A stretch of DNA of 64,000 nt from Minisyncoccota bacterium (GTDB lineage: Bacteria; Patescibacteriota; Microgenomatia; PFEM01; JAFGMK01): positions 13,119 to 77,118 of the forward strand of contig JAFGMK010000018.1 in the NCBI GenBank assembly GCA_016927565.1, written 5' to 3'. The notes under the pieces are model-generated. The model was not told where the DNA came from, ran no database searches, and saw only the letters and a program-made list of their open reading frames with translations. Made by a program: the position numbers and the translations under genes. Below are positions 18,190 to 27,443 of the stretch, piece after piece. How positions within the stretch are numbered: the first letter of the stretch is position 1; each line of letters starts with the position of its first letter.

Positions 18190-20151
18190 TTATTCCCGGA
18201 AATTACCGGTCAGAGAAGCTACTTCGGCTGGTGAAGCTGCGTTTTGGGGAGTGACGGTTTCTATCCGGAAGGCTGATTCATCCGGCGGCAGATTGGGAGT
18301 AAGGGTGATTTTGGCTTGAGCCTTGGCGGCTTCAATTTTTTTTCTTTTCTCCTCAGCCAGGCGGAGGAGTTCTTCCGGATTACTGGTAATTAAGTTGTGC
18401 TCTTCAGGAGAGGCAACGACACGGATAGCCACATGATTAGCTCCGGCAAAGAAAAGGCCCTCGCCGACATCAGCCGCCAAAAGGAGATGTCTTTCTCCTT
18501 CGGAAAGGTAAAAAACCTCAGCTAATTTGTCAATCGCGGCCGGCGATTGCTTCATCAGGATTTGAATGGAGGAATTAGTGACGATTTCCTTACCGTATTC
18601 GGTTGCAAAAAAGTCTTCAACATCCTGGGTGATGGTGGTTAATCCCAGGTAGTATTTCCGGGCTCTTTTGGCAATTGAACGCAGGAAATTAGCCGAATCG
18701 GGATAACGCATCATGTACCAGGCTTCGTCAACGACCATGATTCTTTTTTTCATCTCTTTTCTGACTCTGGTCCAGATATAGTCAAGAATAATAAACATCG
18801 CTACCGGCCGGAGAGTGTCTTCCAGATCTCTCAGGGAAAAAGCGGTGAAGGGATTGCTCAGGTCGACGTTCGAATGTTGATCAAAAATACCCCGGAATGA
18901 GCCTCTGACGAACTTTTCAATCCGGTCGGCTAAAGATCGGGCTTCGGCTTCTTCCATGCCGGTGAGAGCTTTATAGAGATCTTCCATTAGGGGAGGTTCG
19001 TTTTGTTGAGTTGCCGGATCGGGGGTGATGCCTTTCATTTTGTAGGTGAGAACCAGAGCGCGGTCAAGAGTGGCTTCCTCGGAAGGGGTCAGATGGCCCA
19101 TGACTACCTTAAAAAGCGAGTGAAGGGAAAGGATTTTTTGATTCAGCTCGTTTTCGCCTTCAGCATAAACGGCTGAAAGATCGAAGGGGTTAATTTTAGC
19201 TTGAGAGCCGAAGCCGAAACTAATGTATTGACCGTCAAGAGTTTCGCAGAGCGTTTTATATTCTGATTCAGGATCGATCACAATGACTTCTGCCCCGAAC
19301 ATTATCGAGCGGAGCGATTCCAGTTTGACCATGTAAGATTTCCCGGCCCCGCTTTTGGCAAAAACAACCGCATTGGCGTTTTCCATGGTAAAGCGGTCGA
19401 AAATTACCAGAGAGTCATTGTGTTCATTGATGCCGTAAAGAATGCCTTCGTTAGCTGTCAGTTCTGAAGAGGTAAAGGGAAAGGTGGTGGCGAGAGAGGT
19501 GGTGTCCATGTTGCGGCTGATCATCAATTTATCGGTGCAGATGGGGATGGTGGTTTTAAAACCTTCTTCCATTTGAAGGGTGGCGTGTTTGGAAATAATT
19601 AAAAGTGAGCCTAGGGTGGCCTCGATTTGTTTTGAAACCTGATTCAGTTCTTCTAAGGATTCAGCCGGGATGGTGACATATAGGGAAAACTGGAAAAAGC
19701 GCTCGGCGCCTTTGACTAATTCTGCCTGGAGTGACTGGGCGTCTTCCAGTTTTGCCTGAGTGCCGGGGTCGACTATCCGGCCTCTCTCGAGGTCGGTTTT
19801 AATCTCAGCTTCCATTTCGGCAATCTTTCTTCTTAATTTGTCCAGGATTGAACGTCCTTCGACCGGATAAACAAACATCGAAACATCAAGGGAATGGTCA
19901 AAGTTAATCAGAGGGGCCAGCCAGTTGGCGGAAACATAGCGGGGATAGCCGGAGACGAAAAGAGTTCTGAAATAGGTGGTGCCGATTTTGATGTGGTCAA
20001 AATCCACTTCAATGGCTGAGGGGGCGATGATGTCTTGGATGCTGACAATTCCCTGAGACAATTTGTCTTCAACCGAAGCCGCTGATAGCCCCTGATTTTT
20101 AACCGGAGCCGTTTTTTGTTTTTTCTTTTTGAACTTGTCTAAAAAGGTCAT
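18190..20151 (-). CDS. virB4: Type IV secretion ATPase, VirB4/TrbE/TraC family
   Basis: Walker A VVFAKSGAGKSYMV and Walker B IMVVDEAWYMM are present. The 653-aa size fits the family. Confidence 0.8.
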   Translation of the reverse strand: MTFLDKFKKKKQKTAPVKNQGLSAASVEDKLSQGIVSIQDIIAPSAIEVDFDHIKIGTTYFRTLFVSGYPRYVSANWLAPLINFDHSLDVSMFVYPVEGRSILDKLRRKIAEMEAEIKTDLERGRIVDPGTQAKLEDAQSLQAELVKGAERFFQFSLYVTIPAESLEELNQVSKQIEATLGSLLIISKHATLQMEEGFKTTIPICTDKLMISRNMDTTSLATTFPFTSSELTANEGILYGINEHNDSLVIFDRFTMENANAVVFAKSGAGKSYMVKLESLRSIMFGAEVIVIDPESEYKTLCETLDGQYISFGFGSQAKINPFDLSAVYAEGENELNQKILSLHSLFKVVMGHLTPSEEATLDRALVLTYKMKGITPDPATQQNEPPLMEDLYKALTGMEEAEARSLADRIEKFVRGSFRGIFDQHSNVDLSNPFTAFSLRDLEDTLRPVAMFIILDYIWTRVRKEMKKRIMVVDEAWYMMRYPDSANFLRSIAKRARKYYLGLTTITQDVEDFFATEYGKEIVTNSSIQILMKQSPAAIDKLAEVFYLSEGERHLLLAADVGEGLFFAGANHVAIRVVASPEEHNLITSNPEELLRLAEEKRKKIEAAKAQAKITLTPNLPPDESAFRIETVTPQNAASPAEVASLTGNFRE

Positions 20152-20177
20152 GGTTCTTCTTTTTTTATAGGCTGTTT

Positions 20178-21278
20178 CTAAGGAACAGGACTGGTTATTT
20201 CGGGCGGTTTTTCCTCCTGAGGCGCCACTGCTTTGACTAATTTATCGATTTCTGCCTGAGTACTTTCTTCTCCGGTTTCATTAACGGCTTCTTCTGCTCG
20301 GGGAAGAGTGGTGGTAGGAAATGTTTTCGCCGAGACCGGCCGGGAGGGAAGAGTTTGATCTTGAGATGAAGTTTCGATCTGAGGCGGTAGGGAATTTTTA
20401 GTTGAAACCGGTTTGATTGCCGGTGGATTTGGGGCCGAAGAAGAAGCGGGTGCCGGTGTTGGGATTGGCGGCGATGGTGGATTTGGGGCCGGCGGAGCCG
20501 GAGGAAGCGGGGATTCGGGTGTCTGGCCGGATTTTTCTGTCGGTTCGGCGGCGGTTTCAGCCGGAATGACAACCGGAGCCTGAATAAAATTAGCGGCAGG
20601 CTTAACTAAGGGCGTCTCATAATCGGCTGAGGTAGATAAAATCTGCCCGAAGCTGTTGGGATTGTAGATCTCATAAAAAAGCTTGATTAATTCCTGGTTG
20701 TTTAATTGCCTTGATCTTAAACCCAGGCGGTTTAATAGTCTGATGAGATGATCTCTTTTGGGGAATAAGTTGGTTTTGGCTTTGTTTAGGACATAGTCCT
20801 TGGGAAAGGGCAGGCCCCGCTTTTTTTTAAGCTTAGAGCCTAAGTTTTGGCTGATTCCCAGTTCCAAAGATGACATGGGGATAATGATATAAAAACTTTT
20901 TTCCAGGACATTGTTGACCTGGACGGTATTTTGAATAAATTCGTGGTATTTTTGAATTTGAGTCTTAAATTCTTTTTTGACGGTCCTTTTTTCCTGTTCG
21001 GTAATTAATTTCAGGTAGGCGGTGATGTCTTTTCTTTTTGACCGGATTAAAATCTGGATTGAGAAGGTGAGCGAGTTCAGAAGGGCGCCATAAGCATAAA
21101 TGGCGGCATCTTGTTCTTTCTCGGACAAAAGGCCAAAGTTAATCGCAGTGGTGGTAATGATTAAGATGCAGCTGCCGTCCTTGAGAATAACGATGCCTTC
21201 CTTAATGTCTTCAATTTCCAAAAAAGATTGGGTGCTGGCTTTGACTGGGGTGGTGCTGGCAGGTTTTCCTGATTTCAT
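20178..21278 (-). CDS. Hypothetical T4SS-associated protein with a Pro-rich C-terminal half
   Basis: The 366-aa ORF lies between the PrgI-like gene and virB4. A PAPPAPNPPSPPIPTPAP tract is present. Confidence 0.35.
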   Translation of the reverse strand: MKSGKPASTTPVKASTQSFLEIEDIKEGIVILKDGSCILIITTTAINFGLLSEKEQDAAIYAYGALLNSLTFSIQILIRSKRKDITAYLKLITEQEKRTVKKEFKTQIQKYHEFIQNTVQVNNVLEKSFYIIIPMSSLELGISQNLGSKLKKKRGLPFPKDYVLNKAKTNLFPKRDHLIRLLNRLGLRSRQLNNQELIKLFYEIYNPNSFGQILSTSADYETPLVKPAANFIQAPVVIPAETAAEPTEKSGQTPESPLPPAPPAPNPPSPPIPTPAPASSSAPNPPAIKPVSTKNSLPPQIETSSQDQTLPSRPVSAKTFPTTTLPRAEEAVNETGEESTQAEIDKLVKAVAPQEEKPPEITSPVP

Positions 21279-22318
21279 TTGGCTCTGATTTCAATGGGAG
21301 GAACAATTTCTCCGGTCAGATTTAACTTGATTATATCAAAAACCAACTCTTCTTTTTCAACCTCGATTTCATAAGTGCCGTTGCTTAAAGGAGTAACAAT
21401 CTGGAATTGGCCGAGGCGATTAGTTCTTAAAGCTCTGACGGGTAAACCCTCTCTGTCTCTGATTTCAATAATTGCATTCTCGACGATTTTGCCTTCCCGG
21501 TTTAAAACCATGCCGACGATAATGTTAGGCTGGGTGGAGGCGTTGGGAATGGGAAGTTCGGTTGAGGTTTTAGCCTGAACGCGGAGCTGGTCTTTTCTAG
21601 GTTTAGACGGCGAAATTTTTATCCGGGGTAATTTGACTGACTTCGGCTTCTTTTTTTCTTGGGTGGGAGGAGCCGGCAGGGAGGTTTTTTTAGCCGTTGG
21701 CGGGAAGCCGATTTTAATAACGGCTGCCTCTGAAGGCGGAGCCGATAATTTACGGGGTTTGATTTTGAGCTGGGGCATGAGCTGGTCGGTGATTTTTAGT
21801 CTTTTGGGTTCAGGAGTGATGGTTGGCGGCAGTTTGGTTGAGGCAAAAAGGTTGTTAATGGATGATAAGGCTGCGGTTTCTTCTTTTTCCGCCTCGGTTT
21901 CAGAAGCCGGGGGTGAAAGAGTATTGAGATATTTTAAAAGATTGGCCTGAGTCAGTTGAGTTGCCGGAGCAGTGGCGGTTTGGGAAATTGGCCGCAATCC
22001 CGGAGTATCTGCTAAAAAGGCAGGCAGTCTTTTTTCCTTTCGCCAGACAAACATCGTGGGGGTGTAAATTGAGTTGATAAAGGCCGTTAGCCATTGGTCC
22101 AGCGGCCGGTCTTCCAGAGGCAGAAATGCCAGAGCAAAACCAAGAAGTCCGAATAAAAGAACAAAAAACCATTTAAATAATCCCGGGATCGGGAGAACAT
22201 AGAAAAAAAGAGCCAGGACCAAGCCGCCGGCCAATTGAGAAAACTGGCGCAAAGTCATATCGCCGATCAGGCGAAATTGATAGGCTGATATCTGCTGAGG
22301 AATCGGGTGTTGTTCCAT
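21275..22318 (-). CDS. PrgI/VirB3-like membrane protein with a long C-terminal extension
   Basis: The N-terminus IPQQISAYQFRLIGDMTLRQFSQLAGGLVLALFFYVLPIP is followed by a second TM helix. It resembles the PrgI-family consensus (VPQ.I..EDKI.GPLT.KQF.YL.GG) as I remember it. Confidence 0.5.
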   Translation of the reverse strand: MEQHPIPQQISAYQFRLIGDMTLRQFSQLAGGLVLALFFYVLPIPGLFKWFFVLLFGLLGFALAFLPLEDRPLDQWLTAFINSIYTPTMFVWRKEKRLPAFLADTPGLRPISQTATAPATQLTQANLLKYLNTLSPPASETEAEKEETAALSSINNLFASTKLPPTITPEPKRLKITDQLMPQLKIKPRKLSAPPSEAAVIKIGFPPTAKKTSLPAPPTQEKKKPKSVKLPRIKISPSKPRKDQLRVQAKTSTELPIPNASTQPNIIVGMVLNREGKIVENAIIEIRDREGLPVRALRTNRLGQFQIVTPLSNGTYEIEVEKEELVFDIIKLNLTGEIVPPIEIRAK

Positions 22319-22400
22319 GAGTATTTTACTTTAACATAACCGGCTTTAAGGCTCAATAAGATCTCAGGATTATTTAAGGGTAAAACCCGGGGCTGCCGGG

Positions 22401-22985
22401 GTGGTTTGTTTTCTATTTTCTAATTTCCGGTTTTATTGTAATATAAGCCTAATGGTTTCCACCGGAGCTTTGATTATTCTGGCGATTTTGGCCTTGTCTG
22501 TCTTTTTATGGCCGACATATATTATGCTGGCTGATTTAATGGGAGCACCTTACGTGCCGGTTGAGCCGGAAGTAGTTAAACGGATTCTGGAATTGGCGGA
22601 AGTAAAAAAAGGAGAGGTTTTTTATGATCTGGGCTCCGGCGACGGCCGGGTGGTGATTGGAGCAGCTTTAAAAGGAGCTCGGGCTTATGGGGTGGAAATT
22701 GATCCCTTTCGGGCTTGGTATTCGCGGTTTTGGCTGAAGCTTCTGCGCTTAAAGCAAGCCAGGATTATCCGGAAGGACTTCTTTGATGTTGATCTGTCGA
22801 AGGCTGATGTGGTTTGTTTTTTTCTCTTGCCGGAAACGAACAGGAAGCTGGAAAAAAAACTGAGAAGGGAGCTTAAGAAAGGCGCTCGGGTAGTTTCGGT
22901 CAGCTTTCCGGTGCCGGGGTGGCGGCCGGTAGCAGTTGATCCCCGCGGACCGATTTACGGCCCGATCAGGCTTTATCAGGTTTAA
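22401..22985 (+). CDS. Class I SAM-dependent methyltransferase with an N-terminal TM anchor
   Basis: Motif I VFYDLGSGDGRVV is present. An N-terminal hydrophobic helix ALIILAILALSVFLW precedes it. Confidence 0.55.
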   Translation: MVCFLFSNFRFYCNISLMVSTGALIILAILALSVFLWPTYIMLADLMGAPYVPVEPEVVKRILELAEVKKGEVFYDLGSGDGRVVIGAALKGARAYGVEIDPFRAWYSRFWLKLLRLKQARIIRKDFFDVDLSKADVVCFFLLPETNRKLEKKLRRELKKGARVVSVSFPVPGWRPVAVDPRGPIYGPIRLYQV

Positions 22986-23054
22986 GGCTGGTTTTTTAAG
23001 CTGATTTTATGTTAAAATTGAAACGCTGGTAGATATTTTAAAAAAAGCAAAAAG

Positions 23055-25574
23055 ATGACAGAACAAGATGGGCTCGATCCTAATCCGGATCGCGGACTTA
23101 AAGAATACTGGGCTCAGCAAGAGGCGAGAGGAGCCCAAGGACCCGGTCGTTTGAGAAGCGCTTACCAGGAAAGTCCTTTCCACACCCGTCTTTTTAACGC
23201 GGAGCGGGAAAGAGTTCCGGAAAGAATACCGGGAGTAATGCGCCGGTCGTTGCACGAGATTTTGGCGGTCCAACTTGAAATATTGGGGGAAGACAGGTGG
23301 TTTGAAGGCCAATTTGGCAATCCTTATGATTTAAAGAGGCTGTTGGATAACCTGGCTTACCAGGCTAGAATCTGGCAAGCACAGTTAAGTCCGGAATTGG
23401 TAAATGAGCTTGGGTTAGATCAGATTTCTCCTCGGGCAATGATTCCCGAACTTCTTCCTGATGGTCGGCCGAGGCCGGGTATTTGGGTAGAGAGGGCTGA
23501 TCCGGTTTACGATCCGATGACATTGGAGCCTATTCCTGACAAATACAAAAGAGTTACTGTTTATCATGAATTTAAAAAGCCGGTGAGTGATGCTCAGCTG
23601 GAGGGGGCGGTTATTGGAGCTGATTATGCTCAGACCTTTCTTAAGGCCTGGTTGACGATGATGGATGATTTTTTGGCCCAGATGAGAATGGGAGGGGATG
23701 CCGGTCGGGCGACAGAGGGGGCAATGCAGGCTGAGTGGAGAGATACAACCCCGATGGGGCTTTTGGCGGTTCTTTTCCGTCGGGAAAATATAGCCTTAAC
23801 TGATGAGTTGGCAAGGGCTTTGACTCCTGCGGTGAAGGCAGCGATTCGGGCAGGTAGAACTAGTGATGAAAGGATAAGAACTGAAGCGGAGAGAGCGTTG
23901 CGATTAATAACGGCCAAAGAGGAGGAGAAAAGGGAAGCAGGGATGGTGCAAAGAGCCTATGAGGGTTGGGAGATTGTGGGGAAAGTTTATAACAAAAATG
24001 GGCTTCAAGGGGCCGGAGTGGTTAACATTTTTAATGAGCCGCCGACTGGAGACCACCGAAAGCACGCCTTAGAGTGGGTGACAGCCAGAGTTTTAGGCCG
24101 GCCTTTGCCGCCCGCCCGCCTGGATCAGCTTAGGGATCCAGGCGTTAAAGCGGCGAAATCAATTGCTTTGGAAGGATTAGCTCTATATCGGTTTTTATGG
24201 GGGGATACCGAGGCGGCCGGGGCCAGAAAACAAAAAGGCGATGGGAGCTGGGATGTAGTTAAAAAAGGGGATCTTTATAATCTTTGGCTTGGTTTGCCGC
24301 CCGGGGCTCCTAAGACTTCGGTTGATGCGGGCAAGGTGACGGCCAGTGATGCTTCAAGACTAGTCCATTTTCCCGGATATGCGGCTGCGCAGGTGACTAA
24401 AAAACATCCTTATTATATGGGTCCGGTTAGTCCGCTTATTTGTGCCTTTCCCAGGTTGACGCTTCAAAATCTTGATCTTTTTGCGGCATATCGGCAAAGC
24501 CGGACAGGCAAAGAACAACGTCTAAGCTTTACCCGGTTGAGAGAAATGGGGGTTGAACTGGCAGAATTGCCTTGGGATGTGAGTAGCTGGGAGGGAGGGC
24601 ATAGATATTTTGACCATGCTTTTGGGACGCCTGAGTCAGAAAAGGCTGAATGGAGAGCGGTTGGTGAGCCGGTTGGACCGCGGGTTGATGGTGATGATGT
24701 GCCGGCGCTTTATCACCACATGCGGGCGTATAAAGATTTTTATGATCCGCTGACGACTAAGGATGTGGCTAAGTTTTGGCAATGGGCTATTGATCCGGCC
24801 CAAATGAATGCCGAAAACAAAGGGATTAATCTTTGGGCTTTAATGATGATGGGCCATCTAAAGGTTACGGATCCAAGCATGGCCGAGAGGTTGGGGCAAT
24901 TTCTTAAGGTTCATAAAAGAGCCGCGGCTTGGTTGAGTAAGCATGGCACTTTAGATAAGTCAAACGAATATCCGGGAAAACGAACTGGTTGGGGAGCAAG
25001 AGGTGTAATAGGGCTTAATACTCCACTAGATCCGGAGGTTCAGACCCTGCAGGGAGCAGGGAATGAAAGTGTAATAAGAACTCTGGCGGAAGAGTTTGTT
25101 GACAAAGGTAGGCGGCGGTTATATTGGACTCAGCAAAGAGGCATGGTAATATGGCCAACCGGAGATGCTCATAAGTTGGAAGAAGAGCTTTTTTACAGAA
25201 TAATCAACCAGCGGCGCGGGGTCAGTCCCAAGGATTCGGGTTGGTGGAGTGATAAGGAGTTGTGGCAGTTGGCGCCACTTTATTCTGATTTGGGAATCGG
25301 GTATCAACAAAGCGAGCTTTTGGGGTTTTTGAACGAGACAGATCCCGGTAAGCCGCAAATTACTGATCCTCGCTTATTGCAGGATTTGGGTTTTACCACT
25401 AAGTTGTCTGATGAACAACTTGATAGTTTGAGTAGAAGGACCAGGACAGTGACAGACCAGAGAGGCGGCCAGAGGCAGGAGCGGGTTTTTAGCGAAGAGG
25501 CTCTTAGGCATTTGGTGTGGCTGGGTCATCCCTTTGATCCCCGCTTGCCCGAGGGATGGATGCCGCCGGTTTAG
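23055..25574 (+). CDS. Large 839-aa cytoplasmic hypothetical protein with no recognisable domain
   Basis: The ORF is long, uninterrupted and GC-richer than its surroundings. It has no TM segment and no Walker motifs. It is followed by a rho-independent terminator. Confidence 0.5.
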   Translation: MTEQDGLDPNPDRGLKEYWAQQEARGAQGPGRLRSAYQESPFHTRLFNAERERVPERIPGVMRRSLHEILAVQLEILGEDRWFEGQFGNPYDLKRLLDNLAYQARIWQAQLSPELVNELGLDQISPRAMIPELLPDGRPRPGIWVERADPVYDPMTLEPIPDKYKRVTVYHEFKKPVSDAQLEGAVIGADYAQTFLKAWLTMMDDFLAQMRMGGDAGRATEGAMQAEWRDTTPMGLLAVLFRRENIALTDELARALTPAVKAAIRAGRTSDERIRTEAERALRLITAKEEEKREAGMVQRAYEGWEIVGKVYNKNGLQGAGVVNIFNEPPTGDHRKHALEWVTARVLGRPLPPARLDQLRDPGVKAAKSIALEGLALYRFLWGDTEAAGARKQKGDGSWDVVKKGDLYNLWLGLPPGAPKTSVDAGKVTASDASRLVHFPGYAAAQVTKKHPYYMGPVSPLICAFPRLTLQNLDLFAAYRQSRTGKEQRLSFTRLREMGVELAELPWDVSSWEGGHRYFDHAFGTPESEKAEWRAVGEPVGPRVDGDDVPALYHHMRAYKDFYDPLTTKDVAKFWQWAIDPAQMNAENKGINLWALMMMGHLKVTDPSMAERLGQFLKVHKRAAAWLSKHGTLDKSNEYPGKRTGWGARGVIGLNTPLDPEVQTLQGAGNESVIRTLAEEFVDKGRRRLYWTQQRGMVIWPTGDAHKLEEELFYRIINQRRGVSPKDSGWWSDKELWQLAPLYSDLGIGYQQSELLGFLNETDPGKPQITDPRLLQDLGFTTKLSDEQLDSLSRRTRTVTDQRGGQRQERVFSEEALRHLVWLGHPFDPRLPEGWMPPV

Positions 25575-25599
25575 GATTAAAAACGTTTGAGGGTATTTT

Positions 25600-25627
25600 G
25601 CCAGGCGGTTACCTGGCCTTTTTTTCT
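25600..25627 (+). terminator. Rho-independent terminator
   Basis: The hairpin gccagg-cggtta-cctggc is followed by cttttttttc. Confidence 0.6.
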
Positions 25628-25752
25628 TTGTTCTTCCGGGGTTAAAGAACGGGTGGTTTCTTGAGCTTCAAGATTTTGTTTTTCTCGCGCCAATTTAGCA
25701 TCAACTACGCCGAAGATAATATTTTTGACAACATTGTCCATTTTTTTTGCTT

Positions 25753-27420
25753 TTAGCCTCGGAAAAGCCCGCCGATTTGCTGGCCGATCCGCTGGGCGGC
25801 TTGAAGTTTTTTAAGTTTTGCAAATTCGGCTTCATAGGTTGATCCTGCAGGAACATTCCTGACTAATTGTTGCTGGATATCAGCGCGGTGGCCGAGGTAG
25901 CCTTGAGCTCCGCTAGAAATTGGACCAACTGCTTCTCCAATCGCCGTGTCACGGCCGCCCAGACCGGCTTTAAGCATTGATTGAGCCATTTCGGCAATTT
26001 TCGGGGCATAGAAAAACATCCCCAAGCCTAAAATTTGCAATGCGTGTTCTGGAGAAAACTCACCCATTAAAGGCAGGCGGATTTCATGAGCCCGGGCTTC
26101 GAGTCCGATCGGAATTTCGCCTCTGGCACCGCCCATAAAGATTGATGACAGGACAAAAAGAGTTCCGGTGACCGGAAAAGTCACCGCCTGAGCCATTACA
26201 TTTTTGAGCCAGCCGTTAAAGGCTTTAGAGCCCGGGAAAACATCCATGAAGATCCACAGCGGGGCAACAATGGTGTAAAGAACGAGGAAGATAAAAGCTT
26301 TAATGATCATCCAGGTGGTTTTAATTGCTGTCCAAAGCAAAATAGCGGCGAGAATAAACCAGCCGATTACCATTAAACCCTGCTCGGTTAAACCGGCCGG
26401 ACCGCCGAAAACCGCCTGGGCGGCATTAGCCAGACCAACAAAGGAAGCGATAAAGCTGTTCGGCAGGATCCTCCACATTGAGTAGCCAAAAGCACTGCGT
26501 TCCATCAGCCCCCGCCGGAAGCCGTCATAAGCCAGAGTATTGCGGAAATCGCCGACACTGGAAACGATTTCGTAGGCAAAGAGAGTTGAAAACCAGATCA
26601 GATCCATAATCAGACCGACAATAGCGTAAGAAAAAGTGACCAGAAGGAGAGTGATAATCATTTTAGGCAGGGCCTGCTGGATAGTGACTACGGTACGGGG
26701 GTCAAGTTTGGTTCTAAACATTATCATAAAACCAATAATGACGGCGGCGACGGCGAAAAGAGCATAGGCGGCATTTCTGAACACTGTCCACCAGGGGATT
26801 AGTCCGGCCATGGAGTTATAGCCGAAACCCTGAGCCTGAGCCGGTTGTGATAAGCCGACTTTTTGACCCAGCCAGCTGAAATACCGGAAGCCGGAAACCG
26901 GCATTTTTTGAGAAATAAGCCTGGTCATTGTCAGGGTTCTGGTCAGGATGCCGGATTCCAAACCGGCGATTGGCAGGGGCTCTTTATTTTCGACAAACCA
27001 AAGAGCGGCGTCGGCGCAATAGGGAACAACATTTAAACAATCGCCGAAATCAGCAATGTCACCGCTGAAAACTTTATGGCTGCAGAGGACGCCCCAATAA
27101 AGACAGTTAATCAGTTCTATCCGGGTGAGGTAGTAAATCGGAATTCCCAAAAAAAGAGCTTTAAAGGTTTCGGAAACAAAGCTTTCCAAATTCATTTCCG
27201 GCGATTCAAGAGCGGGGTGGAAAACATCGGCGTAGTATTCTAACAAACCGGTTTCAGTATCGCCGATTACGCCGAGGAAATTAATGGCTTTGAAAGGGGT
27301 GGAGTCGTAAGCAAGTGCCGGTTTGGCAGATAGAGGCAATAAAATGACCAGCAGAAGAAGCGCCAGTCCTCTTTTCAGCTTTGCCAATTTTTTCAGGATC
27401 ATATAGTTTAAGTTTAACAA
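25753..27420 (-). CDS. VirB6/TrbL-like polytopic T4SS channel protein
   Basis: A signal peptide is followed by an extracytoplasmic domain of about 200 aa and then 5-6 TM helices. It lies in the T4SS cluster. Confidence 0.5.
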   Translation of the reverse strand: MLNLNYMILKKLAKLKRGLALLLLVILLPLSAKPALAYDSTPFKAINFLGVIGDTETGLLEYYADVFHPALESPEMNLESFVSETFKALFLGIPIYYLTRIELINCLYWGVLCSHKVFSGDIADFGDCLNVVPYCADAALWFVENKEPLPIAGLESGILTRTLTMTRLISQKMPVSGFRYFSWLGQKVGLSQPAQAQGFGYNSMAGLIPWWTVFRNAAYALFAVAAVIIGFMIMFRTKLDPRTVVTIQQALPKMIITLLLVTFSYAIVGLIMDLIWFSTLFAYEIVSSVGDFRNTLAYDGFRRGLMERSAFGYSMWRILPNSFIASFVGLANAAQAVFGGPAGLTEQGLMVIGWFILAAILLWTAIKTTWMIIKAFIFLVLYTIVAPLWIFMDVFPGSKAFNGWLKNVMAQAVTFPVTGTLFVLSSIFMGGARGEIPIGLEARAHEIRLPLMGEFSPEHALQILGLGMFFYAPKIAEMAQSMLKAGLGGRDTAIGEAVGPISSGAQGYLGHRADIQQQLVRNVPAGSTYEAEFAKLKKLQAAQRIGQQIGGLFRG

Positions 27421-27443
27421 CTTCTAAATTAAAAAGCAAGAGT

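Noticed and set aside
22381-22420. Hairpin CCCGGGGCTGCCGGGG in the divergent region upstream of the T4SS operon as a terminator
   Set aside because: No gene ends here on either strand. It is more likely a regulatory stem or coincidental, and was not called.
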